Assembly: GCF_000150275.1 (NCBI RefSeq)
Contig: NW_002060945.1
Span: 1,857,417 to 1,921,416 of the forward strand
Direction of reading: 5' to 3'
DNA from: Trichoplax adhaerens
Lineage: Eukaryota; Animalia; Placozoa
Length of the DNA: 64,000 nt
Shown here: in pieces, positions 51,801-64,000 of the stretch
How the letters are laid out: the number at the start of each line of letters is the position of its first letter
Numbering within the stretch: the stretch's first letter is position 1
Position numbers and translations under genes: made by a program
Notes under the pieces: generated by a model
Told to the model about the DNA's origin: nothing
Seen by the model: the letters and a program-made list of their open reading frames with translations, nothing else
Database searches by the model: none

Positions 51801-54800
51801 ACGTGTATAGTTTTACAGACATAAAAGATATAAATATTCTTTGTATTTAATGGTGATTAATAAAAGCACTTTTATGAAAGCACGCAAGTAATGAAGTAAT
51901 CAACGACGTTATCAGTGTTAATGTGTGTCTGCTGTTAATATTTAAACAAATATTAATGTCTGTCTGGAAAAACGGTAGTTGTAAAATTTTAAAGTCAATA
52001 ACATTTAAGGTTAAGAATTATGGTTCAAAGCTTACTAATTGGCGCTGGTAAATCACTACTGCATGGTCGTTAGATGTCGAACGATACCAGTCAAAAGGGC
52101 AATGCATTTTATAAAATTCTGGCATTCAAATTCAAAGCATAATTTCGTGGCATAAATAGTATTAACCATTTGACTGATTGATGCTATAATATTAAAATTT
52201 TGTAAAGTAGCTCGTGGCAATGATAATGGAATTTGCGGCGGGTGAATTTTAGTTTCACATATGATCATGAAGTACTTTATCATCAATTGAATGTTTTGAA
52301 GTATCTAAATATGGTTATATGCATAATACATTTAAGTATAAGAAAAAAGATATAAGAAAGTTCGTGCGTCTTTTGCAGTAATCTAAGTATGATTGCATGT
52401 GTCATATATTTAACCATGGTCAAAAAGATATAAAAAAAGTCTATATATTAAGTCCAAATCGTCAAAAGTTGTTATATGAAATACGATCTTCATTTTGTTC
52501 AATCGAACTTACAATTTTTTTAGATGGTATCTGTTACGGATTTACTAGCGTCTCTGTATCTAATTATAGAATTTCTTGTATTGTATTCATATCGGTTGTA
52601 TTGCAACCTTATCAGAGCTTAACGGCACTAGTTCTGTTCCATACTAGATCAGTAAAAGGTACTGTATTGTACAGTATATAAGGTGGTGAGAAATCAGAAT
52701 AAAGGTAGATATTCACGTGGAAGCTTAGCTGACGATCTCGCCTCAGTTGACTGAGAGCATACCAAAAAACAGACGATATCGTTACCGCTAACAGTATCTA
52801 GTTTTATTAAAGTACAATTCAGTTTCGAAAATGTTGAATAATCGCTGCATTATGCTATAGCAGTAACATTGCTACATTGTAGAAGAGTTACTGTCCCTTA
52901 TTTAAGTTAGTAAATTTTAAAAGTAAAAATTTCGTGCGAATCAATGTCGACAAAAATCACGTTTTACTATCTCGTTCCAAATGAGGATATTTGCGCATAT
53001 AGAAAAATTTCGCAGCAACTACCTCGAAACTACTGGGAAAGCTACTGGAAAATTTCGATTTTAAGTACAGCACCATACTCTTGTCATCTATTTACATCTA
53101 TGCTTCTAAAATGTCAAGATTTCGAAAATAAAAGCATTGACTGACGTAGATAGTAGCTAATAAGTATAATATATATCTACACTACTACCTTGCCGTTAAC
53201 TTTAGCTGGAATTACGGGTAAACTTCTTCTTCTATTTCTTCGACGAGCTCCTAAAATGTCAGGGATATATTTGAGTTAATAAATGCTGAATTTGTCGCTG
53301 ATAATATATCAGTGATAATTTGGCTGTATGTCTAGACAAATATTAGTAAACTAGTAAACATACCCACTCAAAGAACGGTTTACTAAGATGAAATACGATT
53401 AGAATGGACCCTTGTCATAGTATAAAACCTTACAATTTAAATTATTATGGCTGCTATACAGGATTAAAATATACGTATATAGTGATATACCAAAAAGGAA
53501 TTGCATTATTTACGGATATGACATTTTAAAATGGTAAATAAGAATTGTATGCAATCAATATTTTTATATGAGAAATCAAGAGGCTTTCTTAAGTTTAGTT
53601 ATGAAATAGCACTTGTCTGCCATTCTACCCAGTTCTTTGATTCTATAGTATATAATAACAGTTTATTTACATTATCCTAATTATAAACACCAGCATCTAA
53701 CTACATATTTGTTCGTGAGATTTGAAATGCAAAAACCATCTTCATGATGTTACATTAACATCTAGGGTTATATTCGCAGATAGTTATATTGCAATTGATT
53801 ATATTGGTTGGAAGCTTTCTACTAGGAAATTTGGAACATCTCTAGTATAATTTAAATACGCTACAAGATGCTGATAAGATTAAATGTATTATGACGGTGA
53901 TTATTTTATCATTAAAGAAAGTAAATAAGTATAGAAGAAGGATCGTGCACATGTATAGGATAATTTTAGTATCATGATAGAAGACAATAAATCGAAAATA
54001 CCAGATGTGTATAACAATTGTATTTGAAGAGTGTATTGATCTTTTAAGATTATTAATAGTGGCTAAATATAGTAACTTTGTCAAATTAACTTTCCTCATA
54101 ACCTTAAATTATGTACAACTTTTAATTGTTTCTTAGCGGATTGGGTATATAATTTAAATTGGTTCAAATTGAATACCGATTTTGAAAATGATAGCAATAT
54201 AAATATATAAACATCCTAATTTTAATAAGAGTTATGTTCTTATTTTCCTTCTATTGCAAGTAAATAAAGATATTGCTTTAAGACTGCATATTTGGCATGT
54301 TAGATTGGCCAATATGTAGCTGAATTCATACAAATATTAAGTATCGGATATAAAAATATTTAAGATTGTAAGTAATTGGGAGTAATCACTATAACGTCGA
54401 TGTTTTAAACTCGCCACCTGCAAGGTAATAATTAAGTTTCAACCGGAAGGTAGTACCATCCTATTAACTCAGTAACTTCTAATATTAATATTAAACTTAA
54501 AATAAATTTAATTATCATACAAAAGTTCTATTTTATCTCGCTGCTGCGTCTTTACATAATTTGAATATGTGATTGTAATTAATTACGTGGATTATTAGTA
54601 GAATTTGTTGGCGGATCTTAATACAATAATGAGAGTTGTGATTTTTTCTATCCTTTCAATAAAAGCTTGGCTACATACGGTTATAATTTTAAGCAATAAA
54701 GTCGTTATTAAATAATATTGCGGGGATTTTGAGTTATAGAATTATAAAATTCGCATTATACTAACTGCTAGATATTCGTACACAAGTAAATTTAAAAACT

Positions 54801-55355
54801 TGCATCTGTACGCTGACTACAAAGCTCAATTTAGATACTACAATATCTTTGGTGCACCTGTATATTTATTTAATGCATGCAGGTATTCATCAGAATACCC
54901 TATAATAGCATTGACCTAGCGCGATAGTCAGGAGTAAGGTTACATTACCTTGAGGTGAACTATCGGCGGAAGCTTGTGCAGAACCAGCATTTGATCTTGT
55001 AGCCATACTTTGAGATAGGCAAGATCCTTTGCTAGAATCTTGCCCACGACTTTCAATTATTCGTAAATGAAATAGCAGACTAAACAGTTTGTTCTGTACG
55101 TGTTTCGAAACTCCAAGTTGATCTATTTAAAACATTTGTAAGCAGAGTTCTATATTAATTTTAATTTTCTATTAAATTAATTTAGCCAATAGAATGTTTT
55201 TATAGCTTTATCTATAAACTATCGAACCTATCATTTGGCAGTAAATATTGGTAAATTTTAGGGTTTTTCTTAAAACGTTTCAGATATATATGTATTAAAT
55301 AAATCGAATTACCTAGCTTATTACTTGATATTTGAAGTAGCGATGGGCCATTCAT
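39805..55355 (-). CDS. Unnamed scaffold: Ras-association (RA)-like domain + PDZ + C-terminal coiled coil, ~13 coding exons; start uncertain (55355 or 55006)
   Basis: Phase-compatible GT-AG exons at approximately 55355-55313, 55122-54949, 53240-53179, 47360-47266, 45131-45032, 43476-43367, 43181-43077, 42522-42199, 41970-41695, 41438-41368, 41000-40756, 40594-40415 and 40080-39805. RA-like segment: LIVGSKTTSKDVVNMVMKEY..LYYLKMEV..RIIMDDECPVAIQDIWG..LHLCRK. PDZ: GIYIIKIDENGVIGRDGQLLVGDEIVEVNGEFV..LELVISR. Heptad-rich tail: QIKNLESTLSDSQDEKRMLQLKIKMLDLQLQHAEMEIEKK. Confidence 0.8.
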
Positions 55356-56883
55356 ATGCAACGCTAGGTGAAATTAATAGGATTAGTTAGCTTTCGAGGA
55401 AATATAGAAAATAGAATCTAAATCTACGATTCTTAATATTACAGCTACTTTTATTGTGATACGGTATTTTTAAAAATCCTACATAATGAAAGCATTTTAT
55501 CAGTAATTGTAATATAAGCTAATATTTCCGCAAATGCGGAAATTTCCTAAGCTAAAAGCATAGATTTTATAGATTAAAAGGAGAATTATACTGTTATATA
55601 ACTTGTAGTATTGTACTCAATCATATGACATACTGCTATATATGACTAGAATGAGTGAAAAATACGAAGAAAATCACATTATTGTATGATAAAAAGAAGG
55701 AATATGAGTCAGAAGATTACTTCTAAATCATGGCTGAATAGAGTAGTAAAATAAAGTACCGAAAGAGAAGAGCATCGTATTTAATTTGCTAGCTAAGGTT
55801 CAACATTCCTATGGAGGTGCTAACTTTTGACTTTAAATTGCCTAAATGCTTTCAATATGTAAACAGTCACTGAATTTAGATTGTAGGTAAAGGTTCCTGC
55901 TGTTTCGCCATTTTGCACATACATACTTTCAGATACTTAATATTTCTAGCTATTTTAAGAATTGATAATTTCGTATCGTAATCTGAAATGCATATAGAAA
56001 TACTTAAAATTGAATGCTATTAACTTTCAAATTAAAGGAATAACAGCTATACAGATTAAAAAATCATACTATGAGAACTTTTGATTTAATCGTCTATGAT
56101 TAGGTATCGTTTGATTAATCAATAAAGAGCCCGTCAACTGATTAAATGAAGTACCATTTACCGGCAGTTAATTTCTAGTTTTACATTAATAGTAAATTAA
56201 ATCTGTGTACACAACAACATGTTAAAATCCCAACTACCTCGAAAAGATTGGGCTACATCTTCTAAATGATGATGACAAAGCCATTTGTCAACTTCTTCTT
56301 CACTCCAATGATTGATACTTTTCATACTTATAAATTAACTATCTAGATCGGGCAATCCTCGAATAAAATTCACCATTCACTCAATCAGAGGGGTCAAGTC
56401 CAATATTAAAATAAGGTGATTGAAAATTTGAAAGTATTGGTTGATTGGAACTCTTTTATTATAAATCCTTGATGTTTACGTTGTATCAAGTTGATCTTTA
56501 GGTAATTATTACCAACAAATGACTATTTATCCACCGAATTTAGGAGAAGAATAATGTAAATTTCTTGATTTTGAGTGTGCTTAATACAACATAATATGAA
56601 TAAAAATGATCAATTTGACCAGTATTTATATGTAGGCAGGTGTATTGACACTCAAACTTCACTTTTTTACTTGATGAAATGCTGGCGGTTGAAGCTTGTA
56701 GCATGAGTGTGTATGCACGTTTCACCTTTACAATGAAATGTTGAATGAAGATTTCTTAACTTTGAGTGCGCTTGATATAATATGAGTGAAGTTGTTGTTA
56801 ATTAGATCGGTGTTATTGACACACAGCTGTGTTGACTGTTGACACAAAAGCTTCACTTTTTACAGGATGAAAATGGAGGCGAA

Positions 56884-57275
56884 TGAAGCTTGAAGTGTGA
56901 GTTTACAAACGTTACAACTTGCAGAATAATAGGAAAGGTCAGTCTTTCTGATAAGAACTGCAGTAGCTTTTCAGTGAATTAAGTCGTTTTCGTATGGATT
57001 TTGACTGGAAAAAAAATTACGCAAATGTTTGACTGGCTTGAAATCAACCGATAATCACCTAGAAGCAATTCAAAAAGCTTGAAGCTTGAAGTGTGAGTTT
57101 ACAAACGTTTCAACTTGCGGAATAATAGGAAAGGTCAGTCTTTCTGATAAGAACTGCAGTAGCTTTTCAGTGAATTAAGCCGTTTTCGTGTGGATTTTGA
57201 CTGGAAAAAAATTACGCAAATGTTTGACTGGCTTGACATCAACCAACTATCACCTAGAAGCAATTGGAAAAGCTT
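56884..57275. repeat. ~196-bp near-identical tandem duplication, preceded by two older, diverged ~190-bp units from ~56560
   Basis: tgaagcttgaagtgtgagtttacaaacg...cacctagaagcaatt..aaaagctt begins at 56884 and again at 57080 with few mismatches. tttcttgattttgagtgtgc (56561) resembles tttcttaactttgagtgcgc (56752). Confidence 0.9.
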
Positions 57276-60200
57276 TAGTCAAAATTTTCTCCTGACGAGA
57301 ATGGCGGAGATAGATTTTATAATACAAAGTGTTCATAATCGGCAAAGAAGTCCATCAAGCTGTGAATAGAATTGAATAACTGAGTGGTAGTACTGTTTAA
57401 TGAACGAATTTAAAGTACATTAAAAGATTTTTCCCTTTGAAAGTAACATTGATATTTTATGGTCTGAACATCATTGAAAACGACGATCAAATCTCCCTAC
57501 AATACTATTAGTTTTAATAATGAACTTTCTACCTTCATGCACTTTACAGCTATCTGCTTATTTGCAGCTTAATGTAACCTGTCAATGTGAATTTATAAAC
57601 CTCTTGGATTATGTAGTTTTAAAATATATTTGTAATGTTAACTGTGTGGTAGTAGTTAATGCAAAATGAAGTCATTGTGAAGAAAAATTAAAGCGATAAA
57701 TTGAGCTTAACAATAAATTTTTCACTGTAAATCTAGTTATAATTTGACAATATGAAATTGAGTGGTTTATAAATATATATGATAATAGCCATTACTGCTG
57801 TAGAACATTAGGAGATTTGCTCGAATTGCTGGATCATGGCTAAATAAGATTACAGCATTAATCAACTCAAATATCGTATCTTTTACTGACAGAAACTAAT
57901 TGACTGTACACATATTCGGTCATTGATAATACGAAGAGTAAATTTTCAATATAATGTGAATAATATTTCTATATTACATTAGTTTAGTACTGTATATAAG
58001 CGGAAAAATCGAACACGATACAGCACGATTACGTAAAGAGGTAAATTTTAGAAAGTTATATAAATTTTCTCTTGAATAGACTTTAGATATTTTAAATGAA
58101 CTTCTATTGCTTGTTTATAGGAAAAAGTTTTAAAGAAGAAATGGGATATTTTTATTCTAAAAGGGACAGCTAATCGCTGTTTATGTAGTCATCACTGTAT
58201 GAGTATTTCAAGTTGTTTGAATAAAATCTTGAGAAATAACTAATAAATTGATATTTTACGATACAATATATAGCCTAAATTGAACGCTTCTAACTTTTGA
58301 ATGATCTGGTTATCATACTTTATTTCCTTTGGATCTTTAACGTAGTCTGCATATGTTATCATGGTTAAGTATTGCTTCTGAAAATAACTCCCAAATTCAG
58401 TTTGATAAGGTAGTGCAACGTAGTAACAAGTTAGGCTATAGTAATATAAAACAGCGAGTGGCGTATCTGCTATAAGAAAGGAGAGAGTACTAAGATGCCA
58501 TTTCAAGATAGAGACTGTAAAAGGCGCTATTCACTCAGATTGTATGATCATCGAATCTAAAGTTTTGGTAGCAGGGTTTAAACAAAATTTAGTCTAATAA
58601 GTAATAATGCTTATATTGTAACGTTAGTGTACAAACTATGGCTAAACTAGAATGGTTGTAATGCAAAATCATAAAAAACAGAGTATTACGCCACAAAGGT
58701 TTATACGGTACATCTTTACATTTAATATAATATTTATGCTGTTGAACGTTACTGTAAATAAGACGCACAGTCCTTCCTAGTCTCGTATTAATACCTCAAA
58801 GAGAACTTATTTAGCTATTAAAAAGACTTAAAAGTATTAAGAAAATTGATGTAATGTACATTTTACCGTTGGAATATACTAGATGATTTGGGATCTCTTT
58901 AAACTTTGTTTATCAAATGAACCAATATTACATCAATTAAGGAACTGACTTATTTTTTGTAGTAACGTGTTAGTGACAGTAGGTGAAAGACTACATGCTT
59001 AGTGTAAATATTTTGTAACAGCGTATTAGTCACTTTAAAGCATAATAACTCAGAAACGGTGCCATATTTATAGCTATAGAATCAAGTCAAAAGTTATCGA
59101 TTTAGAAATTAGGTTTCCAATTGCTGTTAGTAATACAGAACAATAATGTAATACGACGTAGCATTATAATGCTAACGTGATCTGTTTTAACTATTTTCAA
59201 TCGATATGGTACCGAAACAAAACAATTAGACATAGTCCAATTTAATGTATTGGAGTTAACGTACAAATACATAGCTTTAACATGACTCTTTATCCCTTAG
59301 GACAGTTAAAATTGAAGATGAGATAAAATTAAAATACACAAGTTGACACACTTATCAAGATTTTATAGAAAGAAAAAAGCTCCAATATCTTACATTGTAT
59401 CGTTGATTACTTGCTATCAAAGTTGTAACAGCAATCAAAATCAATTTGGATTAATAACCATCGATCACTGTGATTAAAATATTTTGCCTACGGATCGATT
59501 TGACGATTTTAAGTCTATTCTTAGGCTGGATGTCAATATTAATCGTTAACTAAGAAATGAATCAGAAACCGGATTTAAACTACTGTCAATCTATAATTAA
59601 AAGTAACAAAATTTATTGAAAGAGCGTTTAGAAAGAGTATATAACTTGTAGTACAGTATAATGAAACCGTAACTTTTTCATTTCAGATTACCACACCCGT
59701 ACATCCTTTAATAGCTAAAATTCCTTCGATCAGGATTGTCAATATAATCATTCTTTTATTTGCCATTGAAGATTTGACAATAAAATGGAGACTATAGAAG
59801 CCCTCAGCAATAATTAGAACGGTAATGACGACCTTTTGTCGTTGCCATATTTTTAATTGATGTTACGTTGGTTAAATACAATCACCCGACAATAGACTAT
59901 CGCTTTGGTAAGTTATGAATATTTTACACCTGCTTACAACTGATGTATTTTTTACGTAGGTGATGAATAGAACAGATTAGTGGCAAGAACTTTGTAGAAT
60001 GAAATGCTACCAATACGTTTGAATTGAAATGGTATCGATATCTAATTAATTTAGTTTTTCTGTCATTTATGATTATCACAAGCGATACCATTATGCGACA
60101 ATTACGTCTTTTAGCATTAACCACGCAAAATACCGCCGAAGTTAGAATCATGGTGGATAAAATAGCATCATTTCATCTCTTTTCAGATAGTAGTCTCCAA

Positions 60201-62780
60201 AAATATTTCATATGGAGAGTATTGTTATGGTGAATTCAAAGATTGAACGTCAAGAAGACAATCTGCGACTATAGACCATTGTCTAATTTTCTCGGCAAGT
60301 TTGTTATTATATATATATATATGTATATATTATACATAATTAATCTTTCAAATGAAATATCATCATTATTATAAAGTCAACATTGTTACTTAAGCAGTAC
60401 TAACAATATCTTGGACTTATAAATGAATCAATAGGAGATTAAAAGACGGAATTTGACCAATGGCGTTATTATTTTGTACTTGTGGAGATGTATGTTTTTC
60501 AATTTTATAACCATTATTAGCTTCTATATCAAGGTAAACATCAGCTGTTACTTTCTTTATGTTTATTAGTCGTCATCATCATGAGAAAAGAGATCATAAA
60601 AGGAAAGGAGCGACCTAATTTCTTCTATTACTACCTTGGCTTTGTTTAAATTATTACTTATTAGAATTTGTACGAATCAACTAGCACAATAATCCCGTCA
60701 TATCGAAGATACGACTTTAACATCAGAGTTCCGTTAATTCTTTTTGCGAAAGATTAAATACATATCTACGCTGAGAATATAAAATAGATTCTATCTAGTT
60801 TAAATAAGTAATCTCCTGTAGTTCATTTTATTCTATATTGGATTGAAATTGAAATTAAGCAAAACTAATAGATTGTAAATTTAGAATCTAGAAATTGTAC
60901 ACACATATATAATAAAATCGAGATACTCACTTTGAAAGATTAAATCTCTACAAATTATCACCGTTTCAAGATATTATATAGGTGCGGCAGCTTCGCACTT
61001 CTAAAATATTGTATGTGAATTACGGCTGGTATATTTGGTAATAAAGTTTAAAATTCTTAAATTGAACGATCTGGAGGAGCAAAAATATAAATTAAGAGAT
61101 AAAATAAATAGGACACATTTTCATGTAGAACAAACAAGTTAAGTTTACTTAATAAGTTTTTATCATGTAAGAGTATTATCACGACAGAAATCTTTATAAT
61201 GATGAACTAAGGATATAAAATAATTGGTTATTGAGTTAAATGTAAACAGAATAACCTGAATATGAGACATAATGCAAGTATATAATATGCTTATCTAGTT
61301 TATACGCGAGGTCATATCAAGCTTCCTTTATAGAAATTTCGTAGCAGGTCACAACAATCATCCTATAATTTGATGTGCATAACAGCTCTAAAGGAAAACA
61401 ATAACCATAATTACTATCGAACTGTTTAGATTTATTGAGCTTTAATACCATTTCAAGTGCACTGTATATGTAAAGTAATATTGAAGATAACAGTGTTTTA
61501 CTTGTTACAATCTGCAATAGATAAAAATAGAAAAATATCTTTCCAATGATGATAATTTTTGAATTTACTGCTCCAAGTCTACTAATCAAAGAGCAACGAT
61601 ATCAGAATGCTATTGATATCTTATTTGCTTGTGCTCACAATTGCATGGTTTAGAGATGAAGTAGCGAGAAGAGTAGCACAGTACCTAAGTACATGAAAAA
61701 TATGTTGGTCAATCATATTTCAGCTGTGTATCATTTTGCTAAGTAGATTGTGCTTAATGTAATTTATTCTTGTAAGTCTCTTTATAATGAAAGCTAAATC
61801 ACGAATGTTGACGCTAGAAACGATTATACGAGCATGTTAGTTGTAGGTTAGGAAACGTGTAAATAGGGCACAATATAGACTGTGAATCCATATCTATTAA
61901 TTGACATTAATCCTATAGTATCAAGTTGCTTACAATTAAAATTACGTAGGTAAGAAATAGTGTAGCAAATTGTAATATAAAGTACGGTGGGTACAAAATG
62001 CATTATAAAATTATATTTCAGTAATTTGTTATGTATTATGTATAATGCAAAAATGCAACTATTCTTCGCAGCTCTTCATTGCTGGAGCTTTAATCACAGG
62101 GTCAATTTAAACAATTGCTTACTAAGTTAGGTGCAAATCTGGAAGCATATTTTATAAATGACACACAATATAAGTTGTGTGTACAAAATTAATTATCTAC
62201 AATATTGCTATAAACTTATTGAAGAAAAAATTATATGGCTTATAAATAAAGCGGAATATGATCATGTAAAAACTATGTGTAATTCTATTTCAGTGATTGT
62301 AGGGCTAGCTTTGATATTAATCGTTCTAAATATTTTATTGATGCACTGTTCAATTTTCAGATCATTATTTGATCTACTACAAATTTAGAAAATGGTAATC
62401 TATGGTGACTGCGAATTCCAAGTATGAAACTGAAAATGGCTTTGGATGAGCATGATGCAATATGAAAATTTACACTTTTTGGCCTGTACTCAGCTATAAA
62501 GGTAATTAATGTGAAGTAAGTTGTTGCTTAGATGTATAAGTATGATAAATGACCATTTTACTGTTGCTTTACTCTAGAATGCACTTTTTATAAGGTACGG
62601 TAGACGTTGATAAACTCTTGCTCTCTTAATGAAGATACCAAAATATTAATCTTAAAATATTCATGAACTGGTAAGAGATAATATCATTTTATTAATACTT
62701 ACTGCAATACTTAGGTATAAATGATACTAAAGGCGATATTAGACTGTAAGAGTAAATTTCGTAGTAAAATTGAAAGATCC

Positions 62781-62830
62781 NNNNNNNNNNNNNNNNNNNN
62801 NNNNNNNNNNNNNNNNNNNNNNNNNNNNNN
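62781..62830. other. Assembly gap (50 N)
   Basis: Run of N characters in the sequence. Confidence 1.
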
Positions 62831-62943
62831 ACAACCTGTAACATCAACTGCTTGTATAGGGTTATCCTACACGATGTATGCAAATTCTGGTGTGTCCATT
62901 ATACAATTACAATGGAAATGGATGTGATTGGAATTTCTCTTAC

Positions 62944-63497
62944 CTCTTTAACCGATGCAATCGGTCTTCCATCGATTGGAGTATACGATGTTACTGTCTA
63001 CTCGAATAACAGAAAACATATTGACATTAAAATAGAGCTGTGTCATTTAGTTTAAACGGTTGTAGCCACAAGATGAAACCAAGAGCAATTAAGTCACTCG
63101 TTGAATAATATTGATTGGTATAGCTATACTGTACAATATAGTCAATCGTTGTACAAGAGAGGATCTAAGTTTACGCGTCATATTGTCAACGCGATTGATT
63201 TTTCTATCAGAGCAACGTACCGCGCCACTCAAAAGACAGTATGTTACTCTTATTAAAGCCGTTCTATTGCCATAATCACAAGCGTAGTCAAGAGAATGCT
63301 ATTACCTGACCACTTGCACTCCATGTTCCGTTAAAGACACCAAGATTTTCTGATTGCAATCCTAAATTCTTCAACCAACCAAAGGCTGGATCATTAATCA
63401 ACATCGATGACGCTGCATAATTTCGTCTTGCCGATGCTTGCTTGGACAGTTGGAGAGCTAGCTTGAATGAATTTCCGGTTAAGCGAAGAAATGACAT
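62944..63497 (-). CDS. ALDH7A1: ALDH7A1 (antiquitin, alpha-aminoadipic semialdehyde dehydrogenase), exons 1-2 only
   Basis: Exon 1 (63497-63306) encodes MSFLRL...MLINDPAFGWLKNLGLQSENLGVFNGTWSASGQ and exon 2 (62997-62944) encodes TVTSYTPIDGRPIASVKE. These parallel the recalled human [51 protein letters not shown]. I found no further exons. Confidence 0.9.
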
Positions 63498-63687
63498 GAT
63501 TGAAAGTTGAGTTTGCTTGATTTTTGCGACGTTTTCTTCTAACTGGTGGATTGGAGCGTATAGTCACTGATACCTACAGTAGGCTAGAACAGGAGAATGT
63601 TGAACAGAGTGGAGACTAATAAGTTGGATAAATAGTTAATTAATTAATTCGGAATTAATCACCCGATCTGGTCTGAGGTATATTTAC

Positions 63688-63872
63688 CTACTGTACAGTG
63701 TACAGTACAGTACAGTACAGTGCAAAAAGCGTCTCTGAACTCTAGAGGGACAAGGCAAAAACAATCTCTAGGGATTGACCGAATGAATTGTACTGTACAC
63801 TGTTCACTTGTCCAATCACCAGCTGGCATCAACAGGTCAGTACTGTAGAGTTGTACTGTACACTGTACACTA
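63688..63872. repeat. TACAG/CTGTA pentamer island upstream of ALDH7A1
   Basis: ctactgtacagtgtacagtacagtacagtacagt at ~63688-63721, and ttgtactgtacactgt repeated at ~63789 and ~63852. The island starts ~190 bp upstream of the ATG. Confidence 0.85.
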
Positions 63873-64000
63873 GTGAGTTGTCCGCTTGGCCACTGCAATA
63901 GAAAGAAAGAAAGCGTGTTATTACGTTTGATGGACACTTTGCCCTATGTAGCTTTCCACTCTCGATCTGGCAAGGTTCAATCTTTCCAGCTGTTGGTGCA

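Noticed and set aside
51787-51802. X-box-like GTTTCC-ATAT-AGCAAC in an RA-PDZ intron
   Set aside because: The spacer is longer than the consensus allows and the site is far from any evident start.
55524-55543. Inverted repeat ATTTCCGCA-AA-TGCGGAAAT
   Set aside because: It is a single short palindrome with no supporting context, and an intrinsic terminator interpretation does not apply to a eukaryote.
59900-62400. Short hydrophobic ORFs (59924-60151, 60024-60233, 61317-61589, 62158-62388)
   Set aside because: Their I/L/F/Y/K-rich composition is expected from AT-rich non-coding DNA, and I found no consistent exon chain or motif.

Overview
AT-rich eukaryotic (metazoan) genomic DNA with compact, intron-dense genes and GT-AG introns mostly 60-300 bp. 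Composition and gene architecture resemble a placozoan such as Trichoplax (inference only). The ORF track is largely uninformative because genes are spliced, so I reconstructed exons by hand. Left to right: the 5' part of GRASP55/GORASP2 (-, runs off the left edge), a C7orf57-like gene (+), BBS9/PTHB1 (+, 25 coding exons), eIF1/SUI1 (-), a SETD2/Set2 H3K36 methyltransferase (-), a SEC14L2-like CRAL-TRIO+GOLD gene (+), a ~15.5 kb gene for an unnamed RA-domain + PDZ + coiled-coil protein (-), and the first two exons of ALDH7A1 (-), which stop at a 50-N assembly gap. The most striking non-coding signal is a palindromic TACAG/CTGTA pentamer-repeat island just upstream of each housekeeping gene start, while BBS9 and the C7orf57-like gene carry RFX X-box-like motifs. 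Five consecutive genes have human homologs in the Hox-associated paralogons. No prokaryotic features, CRISPR arrays, rRNA, tRNA or intact transposases were recognised.
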